Made by a program: the position numbers and the translations under genes. Shown here in pieces: positions 40,201 to 55,200 of a stretch of DNA of 64,000 nucleotides. Origin of the DNA: Antedon mediterranea (lineage: Eukaryota > Animalia > Echinodermata). Numbering within the stretch: position 1 is the first letter of the stretch; each line of letters opens with the position of its first letter. A model generated the notes under the pieces. The model was not told where the DNA came from. It saw only the letters and a program-made list of their open reading frames with translations, and searched no databases. The stretch is from assembly GCF_964355755.1 (NCBI RefSeq), contig NC_092673.1:6076001-6140000 (forward strand), written 5' to 3'.

Positions 40201-43200
40201 TTATTACAACACTGACACAATAATACTAATAGTTATTTTTATATTGCATATAATGCAAATAAGCAAGCTCTCAACACACTTTATTTATATACATTTTTTT
40301 GCATTAAACATAAAGTTTTAGGAAACTGATTCTTAGCTCAACAGCATTGCGATATGATTATAGAAAGTGCAAAAGAAAGGCAAATTAACAGTGCTAAGAT
40401 TTCATGTTGAAAAATACATCCTCTCAACAGGAATTGAGATTGTGCAACTATGATTTATGAAGCTAAAATTATTATTTTAGAAACTTTGCTTCTGATATGA
40501 ATTGTCTTCCCCTTCTGTTTGATTTGATTTATTTTTATGCCAAACAATAGCAACAAATCATAACTAACAATGTTAATCATTGCTTTGGTACAAGGGGCAG
40601 CCTTATACAGCACTCAAGCGGCACCCTAACAGTGCATACTGTAATGTTAAAATGATGTGCAAACAGATTTCTTTCAGTAATGGAATACAACATATAATTC
40701 AATATCAATTATTCGATCAACCTGTTATTGTTTAAAGTTATAACAACTTTTATTTTCAATTTTTTAACCATCACTAGATTGTTAATGAAAAAAAAACAAA
40801 CTTGAAAAATGTGCATGAAGTAATATGAAACAGCAATCAGTGAATGAATGATTGACAGTGACACAAATACAGTATACTTTGTTACCTCTTTTACTTCCTA
40901 CAACAGAAACAAAAAAAACATAAAACACTGATAAGCAAGGAAAACTGTCTTCTTTAGGTATAAATCAATCATGGTGCAAGGGAAATACTTACACTTGAAA
41001 GATCTCTTATCTATAAGTGAATTTACTTACTTACTGTAGTGTAAGGAGAGATATCTATAAATTTTTTTCACTAAGGTGAAAAGTATTTTGGAAAATCTTA
41101 ATTAAATTTGATTAGTGACTACAGTCACTGACTCCAAAAATTGTAGGGGGTGTGCAAAATGATTCTGTGACTATAAAGCTCTGTCTACACTATCAGTTTG
41201 ACAAAAAAGTGATATGCCCAAATATGGTAATGATATGACATCATCATGTCCATTTATGGGCACATCACACATTTGTTCACATAGTTGATAGTGTAGACAG
41301 AGCTTAAGGTTGGTTCAAACTTGTGTATATTCTGTACAGACTAAACAATGCAATGTATTCACATAAGAAATAAAATATATTTAATATACTTTTGATATTA
41401 AAAACCTTAATGAACGGATGACAAATGGTTTTTAAATTTGAGCTTATAATTAATAATAATAATAATTAATGTTCCCCATAAAATTTGAAAATGTTGAGGA
41501 GTTGTTTTATTTATGAAACACCATGGAGACTCAATGGAAACACCAACAGGTAACTGACAATAGATTAATTATTAATTGTAATGCAAGTGTTTTTTTTATG
41601 GTTTAATCATTTCTGACATTTTATTTTCATTTGAAATTAAACATATTGAATTGGTTTCCAAATGAATAATTAAAAAAAAAAAACAGCACAAAATTATTAC
41701 CGTACACAAATATTTGCAATAATCAATATAAAAAGATCAGAGAATATAATAATGTAGCTATTGATACTGTAGAAATATAATAAAATGGCGGCTAATATGC
41801 AAAAGATGAAGACAAAATTATAGAAATTAAGTTTTATACTAACCCTGTATTTTTATTAGAAAGGAGGTAAAAGAGAAAATATTGGATTAAGTGATACGTG
41901 ATTTTATTTATTTATTTCCCAGAAAAACACACTACAAAGACTTTTAGGATAAACAGAAAAACCATACACCATTCTGGTGGATTGTCCAAAGGTAAAACAA
42001 ATATCGCTAAAACAGCCGATTCGGGAAACATTTAACAAGAACAATGGTTCTAATCCTCATTTTTTCCTGGTGGACAAAAAGGGAATGCTGTGTTTTTATC
42101 TTTTATATGCAAACAAATCTGGGTCGTTCTTTACATTTTTTAACAATTATGTTTAGCCTATAGTTGGCTTTGTGTAAGTAATTTGTCTTGTTTATGTATT
42201 GTCCTGTCATTATTCACGTTCACATAAGATTTGTTCATGCTTTCGTATCGTGATTGTCATGTTTTTATTGTTACTGTTCTATAGGGGTAGCCATAAAAGC
42301 ATTGCTCTTTTGGTTTTTTCCCTTAATATTTGCTTTATTTTAACTATTTACTTTATCAATTGATTTCTTGCAATTTGGAAAAATAAATTGAAGATTGAGA
42401 GACTACAATTATATTTCATGTGGACCTCAATGAAGTGACTTCGCAGATTAAAGTTAATCCGACTATGTTAAATTTCTTCTCAGTCTTCCCAATTTTTTTT
42501 CATAACTTTAATTTCTGAATCAACTAAAGTATCGTAAAAACAAACAACCAAAAAACACCCCAAAATATTACACTGCAAACTAATCAATTTACCTCCGTAT
42601 CCTATCCAAAGAAAAACAAGTAGCATGCAAAAACAAAGGAAGGATATGATGTTACAAAGTCACAAACAAGTCAGGCCTAAACAGTCAGACTCTATACAAA
42701 ATGCTGTTGGAAACATGCGATTTAAATATTAAATTATAAATAGTATATTGTATTATGACCACTACTAAATTACATAATAAAAATAATTATTATGAAATCA
42801 TTACATGCATACTTTGACTCATCATAATAATAATATGTATAATATGTTGTATTCATCCTAACTGTTTGAGGCAAACACACAAACTTGTGTAAATTATCAG
42901 ACGATTTGGAGATGATCCCATAATGAATTATCAAAGTTGTTTTGTTCACATGTTTGCTTTGTGTAATACAACACCAAGTTTGAAAAGGTTGCATCATACA
43001 ATATTTAGTCCAAGGGCACAAACCACAGTAAGAAGCCTACTTTTTCATCACACACAGCCTCCTGAACTCTAGAATTTTGTTAAAATTCTGTGTACTCTTC
43101 CTAATAAATTGTTTTTTATAATGTTCTTTGTTTTTTAGTTAACCACAAAATAATATAGTAAAAAATGTTAACTACAATAGTTAATTATTATTAATATTGA

Positions 43201-46200
43201 AAATTACCTTATTCATGATTAGAAGGTTCTCGTGATCAGCGTATTCTTGGCCATTGTCTGGCCTGTGTCTGTTGAAAATCTTAAGAGCAATCTCTGTCCA
43301 CTGTTCTGTCTGTTTTGATATTTTGTACATACTTTCCTCATGGCCAAGTAAAATGTCACCCCCAAATCTCTCTACTTCTTTGTTAAGATTCTAGAGAGAT
43401 AGAGAGAAAACTATTAAAGTAAGTAAAGCCTATACACAGTAAACTAGCCAACGCATAGATAATAAAATTATAACTTAGCACAAACACCAATGGTCTCTTG
43501 CTTTGATGGACTTATTTACTCCATGGTTTCAATAAACAGAATAGGAAATTAAATAAAGCCTTCTTATAATGTTAAAAAACCAATAGTACCACCATATAGT
43601 TTGACCCATTGAAAGTTATTCTAAACTAAATAATGTAACACAGACCCAATATGATTTCATGTATAACCAATAAACCAGTATGAATGTGTCCCATAACCTG
43701 TAAAAACCTGTGGGTCTATACAGTGTACCCTGTCCTGTATCTTCTATAACTTTTGTAGAGCTGTAACACCATGCAAATTATTATTACGTTATCCATAACC
43801 AACAGTCCTATAAATGAATTCTATTAAACTATTAGCTTAAAACTCAAACCTGCATACTGTATATTTTCCCCATAAATCAGTACGTGAAGCGCCTCCTGTA
43901 TTAACCTCCAAACATACAGTAGTGTACAATCCCTTATATACAGTAAGCCATGTGAATAGAACATTTATATGCATAGCCCTACCCTATAATATGCAAAATG
44001 CACTGTAACCATGTACAATTATGTACAATAAAGTGTCAAGTATAAATGTAAGCCTGTTTATTAAATACTTAACCATACTGATCCTGGGAACAAGATTCTG
44101 CCAATGTGCATGCTGTTAATGAAATTCATTAAATTATGAAGAAAAAACACAATTATTTTACTCTATTTTTATCTAAATAAAAAGTTATTCAAATTCTAGC
44201 TTTACAACAAAAAAAGAAGGAAAGGAGAAGAACAGCAAGGAAATTGCATGCCTGAGAAAGTTCACTTGATCACTATGTCAACATTATGTCAAAAATTGCA
44301 GTACTGTATCTGCAGCAAACACTAGAATGATCTCATATAAGGCATAAAATGAACAGTGAAAAATACCAACCTCTTGCCAGTGTCGTAGGTCATCATACAG
44401 TCTCCTGATAGCCTCCTTGGAAGGTGCTTTAGTCACTGAATTATTATTGCTAGCCCTGTATTGACAGAAACAAAGTACATTTATCTATCTATCTATCTAT
44501 CTAACAAAACAAGGTGGTAATTTTTTGAAGGGGAGACGCACACATTACGTTTACAAACTTGTTGCATAGTACATCCTCAAAGCACAATAATAAATGACAT
44601 CCATGAATTTCACATCAATTTTTGTTATACTACAGGTATATAGAATTGCAATTATAAATAATACACAAAACAGCATTAAAAAAAGTATAGCGTGTTAAGA
44701 AATGTGCATAAAACAAACTTAAAAATGTATTGTCTCTTGAAACACAAAAAATATTCTAAGTTTAAATTGGCCATATTAAAGTAATATTAAAGTTATTCAC
44801 TTTAAGTCGAAAATTCGAGCCAAAAACAACAAATTTACGTAATTAACAGGTAAATTAATTTGATTACATTTCGTCTGGAAAATCATCGCGAGTGAAAGTA
44901 TTAAGTAAACGAAGATTTCAAACCATGAGTATGCATGATGCTAATTAGGATTGTTTACAACTCGTCAAGGTTGAGAAGGTGTTTTCACACAGATCGCGAG
45001 GAAGTTTTATGATTATGCATACAGAGTAGCCAAACAAGCGCGTTGCATTATGAGATATGTTTTGATCGAAAACTTTGACTGGAAGTCAAAGTTATTTTTT
45101 GAACAAAAACGTCTGTATTTAAGTTAAATGATTTTTTTTCCGACTAATTTTTGGTGAATGTTAATAACTATTATGATACTTCAAAATGACCCCCTTTTTT
45201 CGAAATCTTTTTTTTTTTTTGGAATTAGTCAAAGGGACAATACATCTTTAAAAGTATAAAGTCTATTCACAAACTACAACCACTGTCTAATGAATTATTA
45301 CTGTTCTAGAAAATGAACAATACATCTCTACAATGGTGGGACAGGATGTATAAAGCTTTGTCTACACTATCAAACTTTATTTGACCAAAAAATGTGATGT
45401 GCCCATATCACTACCATATTTGACCATATCATATTTTGAAAATACAAATAACAACCTACCTCATTTGTTAATAATATTAATAAAATAATAATAAAATTCA
45501 TGATGTACAAAAGATACACCACATGTACAAGTCCCTTAGGGGATTTTCAGATCCATGATATTAGGCTTTCGTATCGCAAGCAACGTCATATTATACTTAG
45601 CGTCGTAACAGCAAAGTGTTCAGATTTGCTTAACTAACGTTTTTGTTATTTTGAAATATCAGACTTTAAAAGAGTACAAAAAAGGTGAAAAACGTCGTTA
45701 TTTCAAGAATCGTCAGCACATACGTAATTTTTCACAAACCATGATGATGTAATTTGGTCAGTAACGATCTTGTAACTCTTTGTGAGTGTTTAATCAAGCC
45801 AAAAGAGGTCTAACAGTGCCTGGATACTTTAACAATATTATTTGTGCTCCAGAGTCAGAAGAATGGAACAAATTCCACAAGATCACGTTTCAATAGAAAG
45901 ACATTCAACAAAATCTAAAACTACTAGATGCAGTTACTTATGTTTTATTATCATTGTAAATTCTTTCCTAAAACATAGTTTTAAAAGAAGAATGCCCCTA
46001 ACAAATGAAATTGTTTTTATACAAGGAAGCAAATTGTTTTATACCAGGAAGCAAATTTAATCTATAGATTCCAGATGCAAGACAGACTAAAAGTATACCA
46101 GAAAGCATAATTATGCCAAATGTGGCCATTATTTATCACCTTAAACACCCGATTCCACATACTATCTATTTCCAAAGTATCATAGGAATATTTGGTAATA

Positions 46201-49200
46201 CAGCATCTCATTTATATCACATGTGGTGCCTATCATGTAAGATTACGTTAAGGGTTGGTTACTACTAGATACATGTGAAACATGTGATGTTGTATTACCA
46301 AATATTCCTATGATACTTCGAAAATAGATATAGTACCGAGAATCTGCTGCTTTCAACAGTCTGTAATGTTGAAATTATTTAAATATATTTTGCTCCGTTT
46401 TTGTACTGTATTTAAGTACTTTGTTCATGCCTTGAATTAAGTCCAACATACAGATTATTATAATTATATGATTATCCTACAGATGCCTAGGCCTATATTG
46501 TTGAGGCCTCAAGGGGTGAAAATTAATTTACACTTTTATGTACAGTACTGTAATTACCACTAAATGCCAATGCAGAATATGCGTAAATTCAATGCAAAAG
46601 ATATTAACATTTTCTATCAATAAAATATTTTATAAAAGTCTAAATGTGGCATATAAAAATTAAAACTTGGGTAATTACAAAACATTAAAATATCCAAATT
46701 ATAATTCACATCAACTTTACAATGTTTAGAATCTATACTACGACTATATGGATTTGTATGTGTAATGTAAAATAAAGAAATTAAAAGAAATAATGGAAGT
46801 ACCTGTATATAGGCCTAATCAATAAATACTGTTGCTAGAAAGACCAGAACAATAGAATTTTCCTATTGTAACCTTCACACAACAAAAGAATTTAGTTATT
46901 ACACTACAGAAAAATGATATGTTTATACACACGTCAGACGTCAAGCATAAAAAAAGGCCTATCATTGATTCAAGGGGTACAAAAATATGGAATTCCTCAG
47001 ATTGTACATCTGATTACTGGAGTAGATCCTATGTTTGAGTCTGGTTTATATAAATAAACACCTAATGCGGCCTATATGAACTGTCCTATTTTTTAATTTT
47101 TTGAAATTCATATAAGCATTAATGCAACAACACATGATTCATAAAGATATTTCAGTATGAAACCTTGGATTAGGACTATAAACCGTAGGCCAAGTGTACA
47201 CATCTAGCACTTTAAAGAACCAGTACATCTTTTGAGACGTGTAGGAGGTGAACCCGATGTAGTACACACACCCAGCCACTGATCATAACTGGGCCCTCTG
47301 GGAGACCAGTCTATGACTGAAGAGATCACCCAGTATAAATAAATAATAAATATAAATAAATAATAAATATAAATAAAATGGAGCTACATGCTATTATAAC
47401 CAAGAAGATCTCCTGCTAGAACATACTAAAAAAAATATTTTAAATCATCACCAACCATGTATAGTAGTGTTTGCCTTGTTGTTTGGTTGGGTAGAAATTT
47501 GTAGGAATGTTTGTCTCATCATCCGGGAGGTTTATACTAGGTTGTGTATTTTGATCATGTACTACATTTGTCTTAATTATAGAGTGTGTTATAAATATAT
47601 TATAAATAGTACAAAGTCATTTTTGCTTATATATATATATATATAACTTTATTCACAATCTCAGATTAGTACAAAATACATACAAAATTAATTGAACTTG
47701 TGAATGGGGTTAAGCTGTAAGCTAATGCTTTAGAATCATTCATGATTTATTGTTCGTATAAATAAAACAATATAAAGAAATGCATGATACTCGACAATAA
47801 AAGTTGCAATTTTTTACGGCTAATGTAATCTCATGTAGTCATGGTTAACAAATTATATTTGATGAAATGTAATCCTGGAAAATTATTTCAACAATCATTA
47901 TTGTAAAAATGTTCTCTTTTTGGTGAGATATACAGTAGTTATTTTGAATTGGATTGAAAATTGAATTATTAATTCATTCATGTTTTTGTTTTATAACACA
48001 ACCAATATATTTTTGGCATTTGATAAATTTAATTACAGGATAATTTTGTATTACAGAATAATTTTTTTTTTATAGATAATGTTCTGGAAAGACTAGCTTC
48101 TTTTCTTTTCAATGATTATCAGCCTATTACAGGAGCAACATTTGGCTTATGGTAATCAGGATGATCAACAGGTACATGTTGCTCTTTGACGATGTACTTG
48201 CATTAGGATCATCAGTAGGAGTGTTGTCTGTAGGAGTGTAGCAAGTATTAGCATTGTCGGTAGCAGTGTTGCTGGAATCTACAACATTCAAACAAACTAA
48301 AGTTTTTGTTTGTTGTACGCCGTTGTAGGTGTACGTAACTTCATACAATCCGGTGTCATTTAATCGTAAATTGGTAAGCCTGAATCCATATCTTCCAGAT
48401 TTATGCGGTGTGTCATCAGGTGAATAGCGGTCCTTATCAACTTTTTCATTGTTTTTATATAGCACAGGTGACAAAGGTGTGTTTGAAACCTCTATGTTTG
48501 CTGCAAAAACGTAGTCTTCTCCAACAGATTTCATCACTGTTTCTGTCATCATTCCAGCATCTGCACAGCAGGCAATGGTCAAGATAAGTATCACTGTAAA
48601 TTAGAGATAAAGAAACATTAAAAAAAAATGTTTCTTTATATTACCATAGGGTTCAGGGTGGTGGTCAGTCGACCTCTCCCCACCCCCCCCCCCCCTCCTA
48701 CATAAATGTTTGCTAATTGTAATGCAAAAGATAGGACACTCATTTTAGTTTGGCACATCAAAATTGTCGTTTTTAGGCCCTGCCCCTCCCCCTATTTCCA
48801 AAATCCTGGATCCGCTACTGTTTCTATGGTAAAGATCACCTGGTATGCTAAAAATGTAATTTAATATTTATATAAGTGAAGGAATCTACCAAGCTTATGC
48901 TTCTTTTGTTCTATTTCTTTTATTCCTGTCCACTCAGGCAGCGCTTGCCTGATACATCTATCTATCTTGTCCAAGTACCTTTACTTGCACTGATGAAGGG
49001 CTAGTGTTGCCCGAAAGCTCTGCTAACTTTTCTGGCTGTTATCGTTTTGATTTAGCTTTTCGCTTTTTTTTTGTATCTCCATTGAGATCCAGCCACTGAT
49101 ACCCACAGCATTGTCATTTTTTTCCAGTATTTTGCCTTTGGATTTATATATATATATATATATCTATATATCTCAATTTTTATACTATGTTCTTTAATAG

Positions 49201-52200
49201 GCCTATCTGTTGCTAAAAAAACCCCTAATTTCAAAATTGATATGAGTTACTGTACACACATGTCTCATCCATTCAGAATGGTGACACAACTAGTACAGTA
49301 TACATAACTTTCCTTTAATAAGATTAATACACCCTAAGGTTATTTGAAGTCATGGAGTATAAGTCCATGTTTGAAGTACAATAAATATCAATAAGCTATA
49401 TACAATAAATGTTTACAAACCTTGGTAAACCATTTTTGTGTAACCACGCCAGAATAGCAATACACTATAACTTGTGACTTCACTGCACGATGACAATACA
49501 TTGAGAAAATAGCTTTGATACATACAGGAATTGTAACCACATGAATACCGGTAGGCGGCGTGAACAATAGTCAATTTGTCACTGGTATTGATTTAAAATT
49601 GAATTCTATCTATACTATAAAATGCGAAATATTTTTCATTTATCCTGATTCCAATATTTTTATGCTTTCAGGGAGGTGGCAGAAAAAAAAAACCAGGTAA
49701 ATACTTTTTGTTTCCTGACATAATTTAAAAGAATTTTAGAGGAATAATACAATTACAATTTTTTTTAATTATGTCAGGAAACAAAAAGTATTTACCTGAT
49801 TATTTTTTTCCCTATTTATTTTTTTTATAATAAGTATTATAATCATTCTTTTTTATTGACTTTTTCACACTATGGAAATGTTTTTTGGCAATGCATCTCA
49901 TACATAAATCAAGTAAATGATTTTTGTGTATTTTTAAAGGAAAACTTATCTATCTTTTTAAGATAAAACAATTGTGTAAAATGCATTTAATACAAATACT
50001 GCGTTACAATATCATACTTTTATGTACCCATATCACATGCCATTGATGAACAGCACACTGGCAGTTTGTAATACTAGACTTGTTTTATTGAGTGGCCAAA
50101 TTTTTGCAAACTTTTAATTACAAAAAATAACTCCTTTTTCGTACAAATTTGACAAGTTATTTCTCCTAGTTTCAGAACCAAAAATGTAAGCATGGCATAG
50201 ATAAATACTGAAAAGAATGAGAACTACAGTACTGTATGTCAAAAAGGACAGTAGCTAGTGTGGCACAGTGTGCTGGACTTCTGATCGTGGATCGAGAGTC
50301 CGAGTCCATTGCTCGTCGCATGTTCTCAGCAAGATACTTTATTTATGTTTACCAGGTGTACAAATACAGTAGGTACCTGGTAAAGGTCAAAGCACAAACT
50401 GCGCTGATTACTAACTGCAACATTATGGAATTACATTGTTTCGTATTAAGGACATGTCCTTTCAGAAAAAAATGGCCTCCATCAGTCTATACATTTAAAA
50501 TTTTATTGATTTACAGTACATTTGTGAATAAAACTTGAAAACAAAATGTTATAGTGAAAAAGGTTTAGTGCACAGCAAACAATATAGTATAGTAGTATCA
50601 CCTTGAAGACAGTCTAGGAGATTTATCAGTGAAAACAATGGTTCCAATTTGACCTCTTAAGACATAGATTAAAATAAATCATGAACAAGAAATAAAAAAT
50701 GTTTCACATTTTAAGCATGTAACTAAACATTAAGAAGAAAATTGTAGTTTAAAGTAGCTTGCTAGTAAGTTTGTATGATAAGGTTGTTTGTTTTAAAATA
50801 AATAAAAAATGAAAGTTATTTAACATTTAAACCGAAATTTCTCTTAAAATCACAACCATCTTTGCAAGTCTTTCAAAATCATCTGAAAACCAGACCTCAT
50901 GGGCTAATACATGGGTGTTAAAGTTGACCATATTTTGCAAAAAGATGATAGTAAAAGACATTTTTGAATAAATAAATTAAAAAGTACTTACATTACATTC
51001 TCTGAAAATTCTCCAATCCACCTATTTACACCACATTTCATTATATGAAGTCTCTCTCGTGTTTTCTCTTCCTCAGATAGAAGACTACTGTTGAATTCTG
51101 TCGTCAATTTCCGATGATTTTCTATAAGTACTTGTAGTTGGGATAGCTGATCAGTATCTCTATCACTTAATACCACTGTGAAATGTTTGGCTAGCTTACT
51201 CCAACTCTTTTCACTGATGTTTAAACGTCTGGCAGTGCTTATTGAATTTGCTTCAGTAACCTACAAAAAAATTGATCATCTTTAATAATGAATATAATTA
51301 TTCTTACATTACTCTGTCCCCCTTTCTTAAACGTTGTCTGTCAATCAGACATTACAATTTTCACGATATTAACCCATGACCTAAAACAGGAAAAAATGGA
51401 AACAACTCGTGGAAAGCATATTCTTACATTAAGCAAATATACATTTCAAGCTAGGTGGACAGGTCTGATTTTGGAATCTAGGAAGTCTCTAACATGGCAG
51501 TTCCGAGTAAAGAAATGTGCTCTAACTTTGAATGGAAAGAGATGTGAATCAAATATTTCAGCTCGAAATAATGAGACTGGACTGAAGTAAAGTAATTATG
51601 TTCTGAACTTTTAACAGAAAGTATGCAATTTGGCATCTCATATGGTTAAAAATAGTTAAAAACTTTAAGAGAAGAATTTCTCTTGAAAGAAGAGAGGTGT
51701 TAAAAATCTTCAATAGTGAAAATAAGACAACACACCTTAAGCGAGAGATTGTATGCTGCATGGCACCACAACTCTCTTTCACTGGCAAGACTAGCAACAT
51801 GTTTCTCAAGCCTCTTCCGTTGGAGCTCATACAACTCATGATATTCAGTAAGCAAACTAGAGATAAATAACAATACAATTAATTATACTATTACATAGTG
51901 GAATACAAATGTGGGCTGTGAGCAGTGACCAAGTGGATAGAACTGCTGCAACTCAAGGTTGTAGGAGTTTTAAACATGTACAAGTATGTATAAGTTTGAG
52001 GCACTTGCCAATATCAATTTCTGGCTTCAATGAACAAAACAAACAAATGATTAATTTTGTTTGTATATAATTCATATTCTGTAATATTCAGCAACTTCTT
52101 ACATGTTTCATTAAGTACATTCAAAGTAATTTAGTGTGTATTATAAATAATAATCAAAATTATTTAGAATATTTTTAATATAAAGCAATGAACAAAAGCT

Positions 52201-55200
52201 GATTTATTAAAGTACCTTGAGTTCTTTTCTGATTCTTTCAAAGCTCGTGCTAACTGAAATGAACAAAATGTAAAAACCATTAAATGCATTGGTTATATAT
52301 TTACAATACAGTATTCTTCTTTTGGTTGATAAAAGATTGTGAAATCTAATATCTACTCACATCTTCTTGAGCTTGCTGTGCTTGGTTAGTGACTAATTTA
52401 TCATGCTGTCTCACGTCAGATAACTCGCTGCAAAGAAATTTTAAAAATTACAATTTTTTGTATTCAAAATTTAAATCCATATGTATATGTTGTAATACAG
52501 ACATTTTAAGATATATATATATATATATATATATAATTATTTTCACTTTTGCAACTTGATATAAATGAAATCTAGTTGACATTCAATAACAGATAATAAT
52601 TATGTCGATCATCATCTTGGAAATGTTGAGTTGATTTAGGTGTGTGAAGTTAGACAAACAATTTCCTGCATTTATTCATTTACATTTCTAAAAGTTCTGT
52701 CTACACTATCAAACTAGTTTGACAAAATGTGCCGACAATGTGCCCAAGTAGGCTAGTGATATGCCCAAATATGGTAGTGATATGACATCATCATGTCCAC
52801 ATATTCACATTTTTTGTCACATAATGTTTGATAGTGTAGACAGAGTTTTAGGAAGAAACTTTGTTTAATGACAGTGACTCAAACAAGCAAAAGCTGACAT
52901 GCGTGTAGGCTCTCAAAGATGTGAGTCACAATTTCTGTGATGCGAGTGGTCGGCAAGATTGTATTTTATACAGTTTGTTAATTGTAAGTGAGCAAAACCG
53001 ACAAAAATACTGTACTGTATAAGTTAAAATAACTTCTTACAATGTCAGATCAGATATTGATGTTTTGAATCGAAAGAGTTCTTCCGTCAGTCTACGATCC
53101 AAAGCTCTTTGTGCCATCACCTCTTGATGCAGACTTTTCACTTGTCTGGGAACTTTATCAAGAAGAGTGCAATATCTTTGTCGCAATTCAGACAGCAGTT
53201 CACCTCGCTCTGCACACTCAACTGTTACCTGAAAAAAAGTAAAGAAAAATGTTTCCACTGTTTATTTTGTTACAAAATCCATACACATATAAAATGAGTC
53301 TGAATCATCTTTAATCTGGTCATAGTTCAAACTATAGACTATTGAATATTCAGTCTGATGGCCATAAGAGAAGTGCTATAATTTGACCATGTTTGTATCA
53401 AACCATCAAGCCCAAGGGTCTATAGTAGGTAGAGCATTTAGTAGAAAACTAGACTTCAGTTCAGAGATAGTATAGGTTTCTCTATTAAAATTGAGTATTG
53501 GCATATTTAAAGACCCCTTCCCTGCAATTTTGGACGTTTTTTGGAAAATAATACATATATATTACTTTAAAAACATTAAACCATGTCATTCCTTGTCTTA
53601 AATGTACGTTTTATGGTAAATTATGATAAAAAGTGAGAAACAATGCACTACCTAAGTAGCTCGCGGCGATCGACCTCTCGTGGACGGTCTTAGGCCTAGC
53701 CTAGCTAGGCTTAGTTTTGTAGGCCTAGCTGGTAAACATCGATAACGTACGAACATCGTACGCTAGCTATATACCTAGCCTGACGTTGTATAGTTGCTGC
53801 ATTAATTGTCTTTCTATTTTTGCCGGACTCAGTTGATACAAATTGGGGAAAACCCGGTATTTTCGCTGAAAAGTTAGGAGTCTTCCATTTGTTTTGGCTT
53901 CACGATCGATCGAAAAGTGGGCGAATTACAGGTGAAAAACTAAAATATCAATCCGCGCGCAATGCATTTTGGGATTTATAGCGGGCCGCTATAATTATTA
54001 GAATCGATTTATTTTTTCACATTTTTAACCGTTTAAAGACGAAAAAAGTTATCGCAATAGAACCATATACTGTAGTATTATTTTTACATTAAATATAGTT
54101 TGTGATCTTAAATTAGATCTAAAAAACGTAGGGAATGGGGCTTTAATTATTATTTAAGAATTGATTTTCATATATTTAATGAAATTGATATTTAAATGGG
54201 GTTCTTTTATAAGCATTTGCTTCTAGAATTTTCCCCTTTTCTTTGTTTAAATCAGTAATTTAATTTGTTATTGTCATATTGACACTTTCATCGCTCAAAG
54301 ACTAAAATAAAAAATCATTCTCATCAATATCATAATTACCTGTCTAATTAATTCATGGAATACAACATTGTATATGGTCTGTTCCTTCTTAATCAACTCT
54401 AACAAGTTGTGTATCTGCGTAGGCCCATTAATCTCAACGTCCTCATCATCTACTCCTGCCTTTTCCAGCATAACATTTATTGTCTCTTTAAGTTGGAGAA
54501 CTTCATACCGACTCGCAGGTTTTCTGTACAAATTCAAGTAAACATTAAATTAATTTTTTAAATAATCTTGAAAAATTACTTTTGCCCAGTCAAGACTAAA
54601 ATATTTTACTACAGGCCTTGTCTTGGTCTAGTCTATTAAATTAAATCACATTCATGGCCTATTTCCAATGACATTGACTATGGCATAAATGATAACAATA
54701 GAAAACCTACTCTGAAGGTGTCATCATGATAGGCGTTATACGGTACCATGACATTTTAAATAATAAATTCTTCATAAAGAAATTCTTGAAGACTGTTTGA
54801 AATCAAAGTTATATCTGGCTTTATTTAGGATTTTAAATAGCACAGTTTGATTTACAGTTACCTCATGTGTACTTACAAAGAAGGAAAAGTGATCGGTGCT
54901 TTGTTTTCATCTACCAGATGGGTTGTATATTTTCTATAATAAATACAAAAGTCATATAATCAGTAAAATAAAAACACAAATTTTTGTATTATTATCGTTT
55001 AACACTACATTGCTTTAAGCTTCGAAATGACTGAACTTAATTTTGCTTTGACCACAAAAATATCAATCCAAACGGTGGCTAAAATTCTCTTAGGGTTTTA
55101 GCGATAACTGTCCACCTACTGTACTAGAACTCCTCAATTACGGTAAAAGTCCAATGTGGCTGTTAATTAAATCTTTGTGAAACAAAAAAAAACTAACTTC

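Noticed and set aside
41840-41850. ATACAG|G|GTTAGT, a possible 1-nt exon or recursive splice site in AXDND1
   Set aside because: It would shift the frame, has a weak pyrimidine tract, and is expected by chance.
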